Shown here piece after piece: positions 1 to 13,846 of a DNA stretch of 64,000 nt; within the stretch, counting starts at the first letter, position 1; every line of letters begins with the position of its first letter. The notes beneath the pieces were generated by a model. That model worked only from the letters and a program-made list of their open reading frames with translations. It did no database searches and had not been told where the DNA came from. Source of the DNA: Orbicella franksi (taxonomy: Eukaryota); NCBI GenBank assembly GCA_964199315.1, contig OZ116711.1, positions 10,602,001 through 10,666,000 of the forward strand, given 5' to 3'. Both the position numbers and the translations under genes were made by a program.

Positions 1-145
1 CATTATCCTTCAAAGATTTATCGCAACACGAATTTTGGGGAATACCACTCGGATATTCCAGAGTTTCAGCTTGGGCATATTCAGTCACGTGATGTGTTTA
101 GACCAATCGCGTGCGAGCGAAAATATTCGATGAATTATAATTGAG

Positions 146-290
146 CAATAAGACACTTTTTCTGTGTTTACACAGGCTCATCTAAACACGAGGTAGTTGG
201 GAGAAAGTTGTGCTTATAACTCTCGGGAATTCTCCCAACCCTTCGTGTGTTTAGATGAGGCCATGTAAACATGGAAAAAGTGTTCTATTG
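146..290. repeat. Palindromic (hairpin) interspersed repeat / MITE-like
   Basis: Arms caataagacactttttctgtgtttacac..ctcatctaaacacg and cgtgtgtttagatgag..tgtaaacatggaaaaagtgttctattg are imperfect reverse complements. Confidence 0.7.
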
Positions 291-421
291 CTTTTATAAA
301 AGAAATCTCAAAAATACAGGCAAATCTAAAGCGTCACAACCGTGTGTACGTACTCTCATCTAAACACACCGATCGACCAATGAGAGCGCGCGTAGTAGCT
401 CAGTTATTTTGTAATTAGCTC

Positions 422-554
422 TTATTAACCGAGCAGGAGGTCTGTATGCTAGAATCTTGACCGAGGTCGCAAGTACAGACCGAACGCAATGAGGTCTGTA
501 CACACGACCGAGGTCAAGATTCTCCCATACAGACCGTCTTAGCTCGGTTAATAA
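422..554. repeat. Palindromic MITE-like element
   Basis: Ends ttattaaccgagc / gctcggttaataa; internal arms gtctgtatg..agaatcttgaccgaggtcg / cgaccgaggtcaagattct..catacagac. Confidence 0.8.
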
Positions 555-2017
555 GATGTTTATTATATGGCAAACGAGAACAGTATAATTCGTTAATGTA
601 ACTGGTTTGTACTAGTTGGCTCTTTGCTTACGAACGGCGATGAGCTGAATTTAATTCTGCCAAAGTTTGTCCGTCCTCTTTACCGTTTTTTTCCTCATCA
701 GCCTTTTGACACTTTCATAAAGAAATGTTGTTAGAAGAAAATAGTCAATATTTTGCATTTTAATTTGCAACTCTTTCACCTCAAACATTATCGGTCTGGA
801 TGCCGGTCTAGATGGCAAAATCTAGACCGCTTTCAATATCGATTTCGTGAATTCGGTAGTTCCCAGTCCTTGTGAGACAGCCATATAATAATGACGAATA
901 CAAAATGTTTTGCGAAAGGAAACCTGTGTTTAAATCTGCTTCTTATTATAAGCCGCTGATACAAAAAAACATAATATGGCAAAAACAACCAAGCTACAGT
1001 TAAATACAGTAAATAATAGAGCGCAAAAAAACAACTGAATAAGAGAACGGCAATAACTTTAAGAACGTTTTCACTGTCCTCAACGCAATAGGCTGTCTTC
1101 AAGATTATCGTATAATCCCAAACTTTCATTATGCTGGGATTGCAGTAGAAAGTGTTCAACACTGACAAAGATATGACGAAAGGTGAGTATATTAAACAAT
1201 CATTCCACGAGCGCGCGTTTTTATTTTTATCTTATCTTCTTCTCAGCTCGTGAGCGGGCGGAATTCAACAAATCCTGCAATCTGATTGGTTCCTGGAGCG
1301 GGCGAAGTTTACTCATCCGGACCGGCACAGCGGGCGGAAACCGTCAAGACGATCTATTTTCGTGAACGAATTAGCGGTAATCGTTAATCTTTCGACCTTT
1401 TTACATTTCCATCGACGAATAATCAACGCAAGATTATCTCTTTCACCTTTAAATGGCAAGGAAAGTCAGTGTACGTAAATTCAGTTGAGTTTTTTTGAAG
1501 TTGTAAGAGCTTGTTTGGTTGTTTGTAGCTCGGCGCTGTAATGGCGCGCAATCCTGTGTGTCTCTATGTACAGTTTCAAGTAAAAAATGAGTCAATGTCA
1601 GTCGAGTTCAGTCTCTGATCGTTGCTGTATTTGAGAGAATTTCTGTGGAATACACTTGACGAATTTTCTCGCTATCTGCTACTCAATTTACGGTAGAAAA
1701 CTCTGATTTCGAGTGATTCGCAACGACTGAAAGAAATTGTTTTTTTTGGTACAACTTCAATCTTTGCACGAAATTTCAAACCGGAAAACACTATTGGCGA
1801 ACTTAACTGGAGAACTAAATGCAACTAACATAAAGTAGTTCGAAATAAATCTGTTCTTTAATACATCTTTCTTTGTCTAGTATCTGAGTTTTTTGCTCGT
1901 TCGCTCGCTAGATTTTTTGCGAATGGTTTGTACAAGGCGCGTAAGCCAATTCAATGACACAATTGCGTAAACAAACCCACTTTTAAGCCAATTTACCCCA
2001 AGAAAAAAAGATAAACA

Positions 2018-2166
2018 TGTTATTGTCCGACTTAGGTCGGTCCGTACCGTGAAAAACTGTGACCTCGGGCTTGAAAATGCTGCCCGAGGCCGCAGGCCTC
2101 GGGCAGCATTTTCAAGACCTCGGTCACAGTTTTTTACTATACGGACCTCCCAGCCGGCCAATAACA
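2018..2166. repeat. Palindromic MITE-like element
   Basis: Near-perfect long stem aaaaactgtgacctcgggcttgaaaatgctgcccgaggc-cgca-gcctcgggcagcattttcaagacctcggtcacagttttt, with tgttattg/caataaca ends. Confidence 0.8.
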
Positions 2167-3749
2167 TATATTTATTCTAGTTTTCTATATTTTGGTGGCG
2201 TCTTTAATAAAACAATTATTCCACTCGCGCTCGTCGGAAATGAGATGATAACTCGGCGCTACGCCCCATAAGCATACGGGTTCCTTCGGACTTGCGCGAG
2301 TGGTTGCCTTCTTGCCTGAAAAAATTACGTATTGCTCGAATGCGTGAGTGTTGAAATCAGGATACAAATGCACTCAAATTGCATCAAAGGTCATAAAAAA
2401 CAAAAACGGTCACACTTCTCGCATCTAATGAGATGGCTATATTCTAAAAATAGTTATACTGAAAACTTGCATACTGAATGAACTCTATCAACAGTCTCAA
2501 TCAATGCAAGTAAAATCTAAAACTTATTAAAAGAAAAGTTACCCGCAAATGTTATATTGTCAACACTGTTCGGAATGACTTTATCGCCATAAGCGCGCGC
2601 TCAATACAGAGTCGTTTGTGCTTCAAGATGGACCGCTTGGTCGTGTTACAAAAGCCGGACTCTGTTCGGGACATACTCGAGGCGTTCAAAGAACAACATG
2701 AGGCATTGCTGGACGTCCTTCGAAATAGTCTTGTTTTGGCCACAGCAAACTTGTAGCGTGCACTGTAAGCCTTCTATGAATTCAAAAACCATGTACATAT
2801 GATGGTAAACAACTTGGACGTTATCGAGGAACACCTCCTAAGAAAAATTCAAGAAAAAGAAATTTAAAAACCCCTTTGTTAGGACATTCCAAACGGCTCT
2901 TTTCAGAGCCACCACAAAAGCAAAAGTCTTGCTCTTCGTTGGCTTTGATTCGTTGTTGATGGGCAATTGGGAAAGACAATAATGTCCTTATTGTGGATTT
3001 CCACGATACACATTAAACCGATAACAGAAGACCCCAAGTCACTCCTATCATTTCAATCTAAGTCCTTTTGGACAAGGCAAATGCCAGAGAAAGTAGCTTA
3101 TAAGCCTGGAAACCTAACAAAAAAAAAAAAAAAAAGCGGGCCCATTCTTTTTCGGGAACCTGAAAAGGCCGGGGTCCGCTGACTACCGTGGCGTCTTCGA
3201 TGCGCCAACGATGCTTCAGAACAGCAGCAGATACAAATGACACACTTTACACCCCACGACACACGCCACGACACACGCCACTACTTAAAGTGCCAACTCT
3301 CTGAAGATACCACTTGACAGCCTACAGACTCCTGGTCTGGCGTCTAATCACACAGAGATTCATAAAAAGTAACTAACTAGCCAACATCATTATTTGGTAA
3401 TGTTTTTTTCTCAAATGTCGTTGCCCGAATCACGAGCGTTTTGCCCGAAAAATTACGTTCCTTATCCACCGCGCACTCGTACATTATTAGTTGTGACAAT
3501 TATTAATTATACCCAGATCAACGTATTCTTACAATACTGGTCGTACATTTAACCCAAGAGATTGGGAATGAAACGAAACAATATTGCGATATGTTGGGTT
3601 GAAATGTTGCCAGCGTTTGGTCGGGGCTTTAGGTCAAGGGAACGCGCAAAATATGAGCTCATATTGCATTGTAGAGTCGTACTTTGCTTTCGTCATTCGC
3701 ACGCGCCTTATGGGATCAATATCCCACTTGTCACTCGTATTGTCACTTG

Positions 3750-4546
3750 CGGCATACTGTATTTCGAGGACTGGACTGGACTGGACTGGACTTGTAAAAT
3801 GCGGACTTGTAATACGAGGCCTAGTAAAACGCGACTTGTAAAAAGAGGACTTGTAAAACGCAGACTTGCAAAACGAGGACTTGTAAAACGAGGTTTTATA
3901 AAACGTGGACTTGTAAAACGCGGACTAGTAAAACGGACTAGTCAAACGAATTAGTAAGACGAATTCCGAATCAATAAAATGTAAAAGATCTTCCAGGGTA
4001 TTCAATTTTTTATCAACTCCAAAAGGAGTGAAGACAAAACACGCATGCTCCATCAGTATCGCGTAGGGTTCTTTACAAAATCTCAAAAATTTTGAGATAT
4101 AGATATTTCTATGACCCCTTTCTGTGTTAAAAATCCCAGCTTCCTGCTCAACGGCGACGTTTTGCTTCGGCCGAATAACCTTTCATTTTTTTTACGTGAC
4201 ATTTCAACGGACCTCTTTGTCATATTTCACAAGGTAAACAGATCCAAATGTCCCACATCCTAGCTCTGCTTCTATTCTTACTTCATCTTCACTCCTTTTA
4301 AATTCCAGAAATTGAGATGGAGGTCTTGGGCTTTTAGTGAGAGATGATAGCTTGAAACAAGCCGCCATCTTCGCACGACAATCACAATTACAAATGAAAA
4401 TGTATTCCGAATTTTGGCGCGACTTTGGTGATCAACGGTCAACAGACTCTTTTCCGTCACGTACTTTGCTAACCATACAGTCCGCGTTCTACAAGTCCGC
4501 GTTTTACTAGTCGAGTCTAGTCCAGTCCGCGAAATACAGTATGCCG
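3750..4546. mobile_element. Non-autonomous TIR DNA transposon with 15-bp subterminal tandem repeats
   Basis: TIR cggcatactgtatttcg(a/c)ggactggact at 3750, inverted copy ending 4546. Array of ~ggacttgtaaaacgc units at 3770-3945 and a shorter inverted array at ~4478-4530. No clear TSD. Confidence 0.8.
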
Positions 4547-7415
4547 TCACACTCTTGTGTGTATACCGAGAAACTTCAAGTGACTTGCGGGATATTCCTT
4601 GGTATAACACTCGAAAGTGTTGCATAACAAGTATATATCGCAAGGCTTCACTAGGGTAATACACTGAAACTAAATCCTACGTTTACATTCTATTATCCAA
4701 ATTTCAGGTAGTTGATCGAGGTGGCTTACTACAGTTTTTCGGAGACGCGGTAGCGTGCGCTATGGTTTCTCGCCAGACGTCAGTATTGGATGCGCGTGTA
4801 AGAATGACGCAAGTAACCCTAAGACGAAACGAAAACCACTTCAGCACTTTTAAAAAGTCGTTAAATCACTTCGGTATACGTAGCATTAGTTTCAAACTCC
4901 GTTCAAACATGTTTTTAAGCCTGGGGCCAAAAAAAATATGCCAAAAAAACTCGATAAACAACCGGTAAAAGAGTTCCAATTTACTCTTGCTTTCTCGCAC
5001 GCGATACATGGCGTCACATTAGCGCGCGCTTAAATAAAGGGTATGCGCAATTCAATTCTCGTCCAAGGCTGCAAAAGCCAGTCTTTTAACGAGGACTGCT
5101 CGAAAACCTACCGCACAACCTATGATGAAATTCTCACAGTGGATTTGCTGGGGGAATCACGTTTAGAGCCAAAATTTTTAAAAAATCTGTGATACAGATT
5201 TTGAGCTATTTTTGATTTCAAATTTTCTTAGTTTGCGAAAAATCTGTCTTACAGAGTTATGTTTTACTTTGCACGAATGTTAAATCAGAGCCAATTTCTT
5301 ATTCCTGAAATTCTGAGTTGGGGTCATACGGGTAGATTTTGAGAAAAACGTGACACAGATTTGGGCACCTTGAACCGCACAAACTTTTGAGCAAACTTTT
5401 GAACAAACTTTTGAGTAGAGATTTATGATAAAATTTGAAACTTGTGATTGGTTGAAAAAGTCATACGACTGTGTCGTGACTCTCTAACAAAATAGATTAG
5501 ATGACTCATTTCCGAGGGAAAGTCCCTGCAGTGTGTTCCTGACTTTCGGAGAATGTCATCCGGTCTTTTTGAGAAATGTCACGCAATGGCCTCGAACGGC
5601 GTAGATGGGTGGTATTGAATATAGTTTGAGATGGGTTGTATCAAGTCATAGTGAAAATGGCCTCGCACCCCCATCCTCTATATTACTACCATTATTGAGT
5701 TGACTATTTCAAAGTTTCATGAGATGATTACCCAAGGCTCGGGCACTGTATATTTGTATTTGCTGTTATTATATAAGCATCCAATACTCGACATGACAAA
5801 GCTAAGAAGGTCAAATCCTTGTATTGTTGAACACCTTTGTAGTAAAACAAGTGTTGATGATGTTGAATCAGGTTTGTAAAACATGCTATAGACATGTGGT
5901 AAGGTGTAAACTCCATGTGCTGTTGTTAATGGCATATTTCCACAAACGATCTCTCTTTGATTTAAGGACGGTGCCTACTAAATACAGAGGTTTCTGCGCC
6001 AGGTTAGGACCACGTGGAAAAAGTAGATCTTTGCAAGGGCTATTGGGATCCACAAAGAAAAATGGGGATAGCCACGCATGTTTTCGAGATAATTAGCCTT
6101 GAATCTCGGCAAAAATGCTGACATCAGCATTTTTCTGAAGAAGGAAAGGATATTTCTTCACAGATTTCCTTAGAATTCGCGTCTACATACAGAAAAGCAA
6201 ACACATTTTATAAAGATCTCAAAACTACGTGGTTAATGGTAACATAAAAACCATTTTTGGGATGTTTTTAATGACAAAATCGTTGCAACAGCGCTTTAGC
6301 GTCTCCGACAGCCTTCCTCTGGTTCAGCTAAAATACAGTCTAAATACTTTTTGCGCACAACCAGAAACTAATCACGTGTTGAATAGGCTTACCACTTCCA
6401 TTTCATAACATAAAATGTGGGGGTAACCGCGCGTTTTATAAAGTTATTCATCTTTTTTGAAAACTTTTACAGTGCCCGTTACATTTTTCCTGTCATTTTT
6501 CCTTCGTATCTCGCACTTGTTTTGCGCGCGCACCACGCAGTCTGCAGGTACATGTTTACTACGAAAGCCGAGGAGGGACTTCCGACTTCTGACTTCTGAG
6601 TTCCGACTTCCGACTTCCGACTTCTGACTTCTGAATTCCGACTTCCGACTTCTGACTTCCAACTTCTGACTTCCGACTTCGGACTTCTGAGTTCTGACTT
6701 CTGACTTCCGACTTCCGACTTCCGACTTCCGACTTCCGCCTTCCGACTTTCGACTTCCGACTTCCGACTTCCTTCTTCCAACTTCAAAATTTAAAGGACT
6801 GATTTTCGACGTACAACTTATTTACCTGGAGATCGAGTCCATTTTAATCAAATAAGAATCGTATAGACTCTTGTTCTTAGGCATCATAGCTTGATTAAGA
6901 ATGAGTTTGAATACAATGTTTATCACAATGTTTATCACCGCTGTTTGTATTATGTTCTTAGCCAAAACAGACGTCAGGTTTCGGGTAAGATTTCAGTATT
7001 TGTATTATTATGTCTCGGTAAGTTAGTGTTAACTTAGTTCGTATTTGGGGTCAAATTATTGTCTTAAACCAGACAATTCCAGCTGAAGTGAACACCAAAT
7101 ACCCGAAATTTATGCCTCTGAGCGAGATGATGAGCATCCCCGTCTCTTTCAAAAGGGAGTTCCTCTCCACCCCGAACACTATTTCTGAGGTAATGTAACG
7201 CAACACGCAGTTAAGAATTCATATTTCTGTTGTTAAAAAGAGTTCGGTAACACGGTGAGACTATTCACTAGGCAATCACTATTCACGAGAATAGACTATT
7301 TACAAGACTATTCACTTTGAAATCATATCTGTCAAAATTCAATTGTTTTTCAGTGCCACCCAATGAGAAACAGATCGCACAACTAGATATGTTGTTATTA
7401 TTTACATCATAAACC

Positions 7416-7616
7416 GAAGGACCATTATTTTCTTCTAAGGGGGAGGTGGGGGTTGGAAATTTTATTGTGCAAGAAATTTTTGGACATAAAAAAAATCAAA
7501 ATAATGATAGTGGACGCACTTGCACGATTTTTTTGTCAGTGTTTGCTGTGCAGGATTGTTTTTTTTTCGAAATTGCCCAGCTCCCCCTCCCCCCTAAAAA
7601 ATAATGATCCGTCCCT
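7416..7616. mobile_element. MITE nested in the 6559-8593 element
   Basis: Imperfect ends gaaggaccattattt..aagggggagg / ccctcccccctaaaaaataatgatccgtccct. Confidence 0.6.
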
Positions 7617-7618
7617 AA

Positions 7619-7769
7619 CGCCTAGTTCACGCTTGTGAGATAAGCATAACACAAGTGAAATAAGTACAAGCATAAGCACAAGAAAAAGAAACATGTTCCT
7701 TTTTTCTTGTGCTTGCGCTTATGCTTATTTCACTTGTGTTATGCTCATCTCACAAGTGTGAACCAGGCT
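7619..7769. mobile_element. Palindromic MITE with TAA flanks (PIF/Harbinger-like)
   Basis: taa|cgcctagttcacgcttgtgagataagcataacacaagtgaaataag ... cttatttcacttgtgttatgctcatctcacaagtgtgaaccaggct|taa. Confidence 0.75.
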
Positions 7770-9730
7770 TAATAACCATTCGAGGAAAAATACACTGTTG
7801 TTTGGAATCAGGCTCAACAAATGTCTTCATCAAGACAGAAAAGGACATAAGATAATTTAAGTTCCCACTAGAACTGAAGTCTCTTCATCTCAGTTTATAG
7901 TGAACGCAGAAAATTCTCAGAAAAGCAACAAGATAAAGTAATGTTTTATTCAATAACGCAGTATGAAGAGCTAGTAAAGTGACATAAAACGACCAGAGAA
8001 AAGCGATTCCAAACGCAAACGATTGCACTCGCTAATACACAAAATAAGGTTGGCAGGCTACATCGACCAAACTGTGTATAAAATAATATAAGTGTCTATA
8101 TGTTATGGCACAGCAAAATTTGTTAGTTTCAGTTCATTTTTGATCTTTGTTTGGCGACGTCTTCGACTCGATACCATTGCGTTTCCAACATGATTTTGCA
8201 AAACAAAAACATATGTTTCTAGTTTTTCAGTGAAATTACATTTACATAACAAGTACAATGCAGCTTACAAACATCAACTTACCGAAACATAACAATACAA
8301 ATATTAAAATCTGGCCCGATTTCCAGGGAAATAAGTCGCATGTCGGAGTTCGATCATTTAAATTTTGAAGTCAGAAGTCGGAAGTCGGAAGTCGGAAGTC
8401 AGAAGTTGGAAGTCGGAAGTCGGAAGTCGGAAGTCGGAAGTCGGAAGTCGGAAGTCGGAAGTCTGAAGTCGGAACTCAGAACTCAGAACTCAGAAGTCCG
8501 AAGTCGGAACTCAGAAGTCCGAAGTCGGAACTCAGAAGTCCGAAGTCGGAAGTCAGAAGTCGGAAGTCGGAAGTCCCTCCTCGGCTTTCGTAGTTTACAG
8601 CTGGATTTCAGTATAATTTTCGACAGACAACAGCTAGTTTTTCAGCTGGAAGACATTAACAGTTCGTAGTTAGCGATATGCTGCCATCCTGGTGTTCCTG
8701 GTTGTACAGGTTCATTAAACTTGATTTGGTCACAGTAGCAAAATTTTGCTTTCATTTAAGTCGTGTACTTGGTGGCGTAGTTGATTGCGTCAATGTCAAC
8801 CCAGTGCGCGCGTGGCACTTAAACCATGCCTTGCGTGATGCGCAGAACGTGTGCGCACTAACAAAAGTGGGCACCGTCCTTAAATGAATAAGAATACTGC
8901 TAGCACTAAGAATTGCATTTCAGAGTTTTGCATTGTCATTGGATATCAACACTTATAAGGCAGTGCAGGCTGATGATTGGTTGATGAGTAATAGCAATCT
9001 CGATCTATAGAGATGATGGGATTGCTTTTAATCCAGAGTGAGTTTTTCATACAATGAAGAACTTCACGACAGGAAAATGTTAGCAATGTTGCATGGGATA
9101 ATCAATCATAAGCAACAATAAATGCAAATAGCAATAATGTTCAATTAAAAAAAAATAGGTGATGAAGATCAATAAAGTAAGCATGAAGCTGAAATGCCTG
9201 CAGGTGTTACCTTCTGCTGAAGCAATGTTTAGTTAGCCAGTGTATATTTTGGCACTGGTTATCTAATAAAAAGTCAGTTGATGTCAACATAGTGTCAGTA
9301 ATAGATAATTGATTGGGTTAGAACCGATGTCACGTGACAGTCTGGTACTTAATTTCTCTCCATTCTCACTAAACGATCTTCGATTACAATGAAAACAATC
9401 ACCTTTTGCCTTGATTTTGGTGTGGACAATGGGCGTAAACACATCAAAAAATATCTTTTTTTCCGACGACGTCGTATCATGTTTGTTTTCGCTTAATGTG
9501 AGGATTTTTACGATAGGAAAGCAAAAATCACGTTAATGAAAGAGTTAAAGTGATAAAATGAAAATGACCTTGAAATAGGAAGCAAAAAAATTCACCATTT
9601 TCAAGATAGAATTTGTCCAGGAAACCTGGACTTTCGCTGTGATCATTTCACGTTATGTGTCTTCGTACTGACAGCTACGAGAAATTTACAAAGATTCATT
9701 ACGCACGTGCAAAGCCAGTGAATGGCAAAT

Positions 9731-10080
9731 TAAGGCCCCACCCACACTACTCGGAAGGAGTTTGAAAACAAAGGTCTCACTCCGAAAACGCATCGAATGT
9801 TGTCCGTCCGCACTACGCCGGAGTAAGTTGAAAACGCAGCAATCGCGAGTCATTTGGGATTTGTGTTTGAGGAAACCTTGGGCAGGGAAATCACACGATT
9901 TTCGTGAAGCCGTCATTTTCAAAAAGCTCCGTTTTCAAAAAGCGGGCGTTTCAAAGTTCCTCCGGTTTGAAGAACGTTTTCGAAAAGCTCCGTTTTCTTG
10001 ACGGATTAGTGTGGACGACTGGCCTAACCGTAGAATAAATAAAGTTTCGTTTTCAAATTTCTTCCGCGTAGAGTGGCCTT
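9731..10080. mobile_element. Harbinger/Tourist-like MITE
   Basis: Starts taaggccccacccacactac, has multiple gaaaac/gttttc motifs, and ends with a degenerate gtagagtggcctt. Confidence 0.6.
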
Positions 10081-11184
10081 GATCTTAAACCTTTTGTTTT
10101 GTTTTTTGAAGTCCATGGTCGTCGTGTCGGGAAGTTCATTTGAATTTCAAATCAACATAAATTATTCATCTTGTGCTGTCACATGTGTCTGCTGAAGATA
10201 AAATGGCGCCTAGAAGTTTCGCTGTAAATTCAACATGCATTTAAGCTTAATTACGAAATGCTTTTTTTGCAAAAACCGATAACTGCCTTTAACGTGGAAG
10301 AGATTCGTAGACAAATGTTAGTGTTGTAGAGCTGGTCTACGGTATTAGATGGTAGTCGAATGTAGTGGGTACAAGGAGTTCGTTGGAATATACGGTCTTG
10401 TTAACTTTGAAGGTAAGTTTCATGATATTTTTGTTTCCATTCTCTGTAAAATGATGATAGCTACATGAACGATGCTGTCTAAGATTATTTTTGTTAACTA
10501 AACTGTCTGCTAACTTAAGTCAGAACAGTTTTGTCCATTAGTATTGGTTATCAAATGATTTCGAGTGCACTTTGGAATAAATAAGCACAAGTAATTTTTC
10601 TAAGCCCGTGTTTTCACGAGAGATGTTTACCTTGGTTTTGTTTTAACTTTACTGAAGTGAAATTTTTAATCGTGTAAACACAGTAGGAAACCTCAGTAAG
10701 CAAGCCAACCTAGGTTTGTCGACAACTGAACGCCTCATCAGGCATGGCTTAGCTCAGTTACCGACGGTAACCAAGGAAAACCAAATGCTGCCGCGATATC
10801 TTGGCAGCAAGTGTTCACGCGTGCAGCGCGTAGAGAAGAGAAAAATAAACAAAGATTCCTCCTAATGTAAGTAGGTTTTAAGTCAACGGGCCAAAAAACT
10901 AAATAACCTCATGTTTAGGCAAAGAAATCCCGGACTGCTGTTACCCGTTCATCGTCAAGTGCGGTAAGCGTTTCCTTTCTGTTACAAGCTCAGTAGCTTA
11001 GTAGCAGTGTATAGGCAGGCGCAACTAGAAGAAGACCTACCACAAATAGAGAAAGAAAATCATAATTGAGGTCAATGGAGAAGAAAAGCAAATGTTGGAA
11101 TTTAAAGCGGCCCCGAATAAGAAGAAGTACCGGTAAACATTTACGTAGCCTGGGCTCCGTGGCAGATGCTGTTTCGAATGATAC

Positions 11185-11444
11185 CGGTTTCGCCCCATGG
11201 CGAGTTCGCCCCCACCGAGTTCGCACCCCTGAACTTATTCTGAACTTTCTAATTCGAGTTTGCCTTCACCTTCAATGGATCAAAGAACGAAAAATAAACA
11301 TGTTTGTGTGGTTTTGTTTCATCATGCGCACAATGTGGTCTTTTTTTCTCGGTAAGAGAAAGATAAATTTTAAGCACTTAATCGCTAGTTGAGTCGATGT
11401 GGGGGCGAACTCGGTTGGGGCGAACTCGCCATGGGGCGAAACCG
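11185..11444. mobile_element. MITE with ~45-bp TIRs
   Basis: cggtttcgccccatggcgagttcgccccc ... ggggcgaactcgccatggggcgaaaccg. Confidence 0.8.
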
Positions 11445-11833
11445 ACAGCTACCGCCGTTTCAGGTTTTTTGCGGGAATAGGCTTAGCGAGATATCAAAAT
11501 TTCCTTTCCACTATTCATCTACAAAGCTTTACATTTAAGAAGAGTTTGGTTCGACATCACAGCAAGCAAATTAACAACGATCTGCGTTCGGCATTGGAGT
11601 AAAGTCAAATTTTACAATTTTTCAATAGCAACATTCCAGCACTTGCTTTCCGAGAAAACTTCGAACTGTCCGTTGTATGCAACCTACTTTAGTCAATTAG
11701 TATGGTATAAACAGCCCCTCTAATAACTGTAGTTTAGTTACGAAACCTCGGTAAGCAGTAACCGTAGTAAACTTCTTTCGCGAAAACACGGCATAAGACT
11801 ACGAGCAATTGAACGAGTCCGTAGGGCGAGTAC

Positions 11834-11928
11834 AATAGATCAATATCGATATATCAAAACTCAGCCTAAAACAATAGCTGAGGTCTATTGTTTTAGGCTG
11901 AATTTTAACATATCGAAATTGGTCTGTT
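11834..11928. repeat. Hairpin repeat
   Basis: ..tcagcctaaaacaatag-ctgaggt-ctattgttttaggctga.. stem with imperfect extension. Confidence 0.7.
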
Positions 11929-13846
11929 TGTAGTGTGAAAAATTTGCGAGTGCTTATTTATTCCAAACTGCCCGAGAAAAATCATTTGATTACTTGTTAA
12001 TAATATACAAGTGACAATTTCCTTCACGCTTCAATATTTATCAAGCTTAAAAATTCACAAATGAAGTCATGCATGAAACTGAGCAGTCTTGTTTAACTGT
12101 GAAAAGCAGTCTTAATTTTACAGTTGAATTGAAGAAATTGACCACAAAGCGAAAGTAAACCTCCCAGCGGTTTTGATACGACTCTCTTTGCAACTGTTTT
12201 TTGAGTGGTCGAAAAACTCTGTGCCGTGTTCAAGCTTATCCTCGCCGAGAAGAAACTGTTCAACCCAGAGGCGGTACATCTGTTTACAATTTCACAGTTC
12301 AATCAGTTATATAATTACACTTTTTACGCAAAAAAATCGTCTCCTAAGACTGCACGGGAAAAAAAGACCATTCTAACAACAAGTTGAGGGCTCTGGACTC
12401 GTTTTCAAAGGGCAAGGATTTTGGCGCAATATCTCGCGAACTGAGAGTTTAAAGGGCTAGAACTGAAGTTTATACAATCGATGCGTTCGCTGCTGGGAAG
12501 AATATCGATCCTGAGCGCATAACAGAACTCCTGGATGTGACCAAGGACTTGTTTTCTCGGTTACAGCAATTATTGCTTACTCATGACCGCCTTGGCAAAG
12601 TTAAGGAAGCGATTGAAGGATGTACATACAACTAAATTCGTTTCGTTTTCGCTTGTATGATCCGAGACGTCCACTTCTAAAAACATAACAGTACTCCTGT
12701 GGAGTCTTGTGCTACATGCTTGTAAAGGACTCAAATCGAGTTTAGTTCTGGTTGTATCCATTTTTTCTTTCGTTTTTCAACACTGTAACGTAGCTTTATA
12801 GATGTAAAGTTGCTGGAAATAAATGTCTTGATGCCCTTGTGAAAATTATGATCCAAATTTACAATGAATGGGGTGGGGTGGGTTGAAATCGTCCTATAAT
12901 TGACCACTACAGAAAATACCATAACATACCATAATACTCTTTGTTGGTCACTCCAAAATTTTGCATAAGCTTTGAAGTTAAAATGGCTCCAAGAAAAGCT
13001 GAGAACAATGAGTAGGCAAAAGTTTGGAAATGAGGGATTCAACATAGAAAGCATTTTTGTGCAAATAATACTTCATTAGCCCCAAAAGCCATTTTTTTTT
13101 TTTTCATAATCGGTGAAAATGTAATTAACGTTGATGAAATAGCTCACTCTTTATCAACAAGGGTAAAAAGATGGTCAATGCTTATCCCATCAATGTGGAA
13201 AAATGTTGTTTTCTTTTCTTTAAGAAGACCTTTCTGAAAATTATCACAAGTTTCACCTATATTTAGAAACAATGATAGAGAAAATCTTAACTTTTCAAAG
13301 CCACTTCCATCAAAAGTGAGACTTTAAACTCACTAATGTACACATATGCAAAGTCTTACACAATTCGAGAAGCTGTACACGTTGTGATGTAAAAATATAT
13401 CTGTTCAGAGTTACTTCACCAAAAAAAGCTCTTTTCAGTGCAGCTAGCCCTCTAGTTTACTATTTAGACATTTCAAACTGTTTCTTGTTTCTCTAAATTA
13501 CTATAAAGCCCAGTTAGAGCAGCCACACCTCTCATTCACTGATAGCTGTAACATTAGGAAGCATACAACCTATTGCTGTGTAACTTAGAAAAGCCTGATT
13601 AACCAGTCAAAAGATTTTTCTGTTCCTGACTGGCTTAATAGACTTGTTCATATTTTTAAAAATATTTTGAATGAATAATAAAACAATATTACAAGCTGAG
13701 ATTTCGCTTCCGTATGATATGAAGAATAATACAGATCAGGGATAGCTTTGTCTGCCCTCGTGAATAACAACCTCCTCCTTAATCAGCGTCATTCTCCAAA
13801 TCATGTTCATCTCATTAAATATTGGCTAAAACCTGTCAGTGGGTTT

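Larger units (their letters stand above)
6559..8593. mobile_element. Foldback-like non-autonomous DNA transposon with long TIRs built on a 7-bp repeat
   Basis: TTTA|CTACGAAAGCCGAGGAGGGACTTCC ... GGAAGTCCCTCCTCGGCTTTCGTAG|TTTA (4-bp direct repeat). (GACTTCC/T)n at ~6578-6785 is mirrored by (GAAGTCG/A)n at ~8368-8573. Inverted similarity continues ~50 bp inward. Confidence 0.9.
5966..8879. mobile_element. Non-autonomous TTAA-flanked DNA transposon (Kolobok-like), host of a nested element
   Basis: TTAA|GGACGGTGCCTACT ... AGTGGGCACCGTCC|TTAA. TTAA TSD with purine-purine termini; about 0.9 kb after removing the nested insertion. Confidence 0.8.

Noticed and set aside
2560-3110. Possible viral or Polinton-like coding remnant
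   Set aside because: Only short stop-riddled readings with no motif I can name.
3562-3954. ORF with KRGLV repeats
   Set aside because: Artefact of the 15-bp subterminal repeat.
6444-6787. ORFs of SEVGSRK repeats (also 8340-8669)
   Set aside because: Translation artefacts of the 7-bp repeat in the transposon arms.
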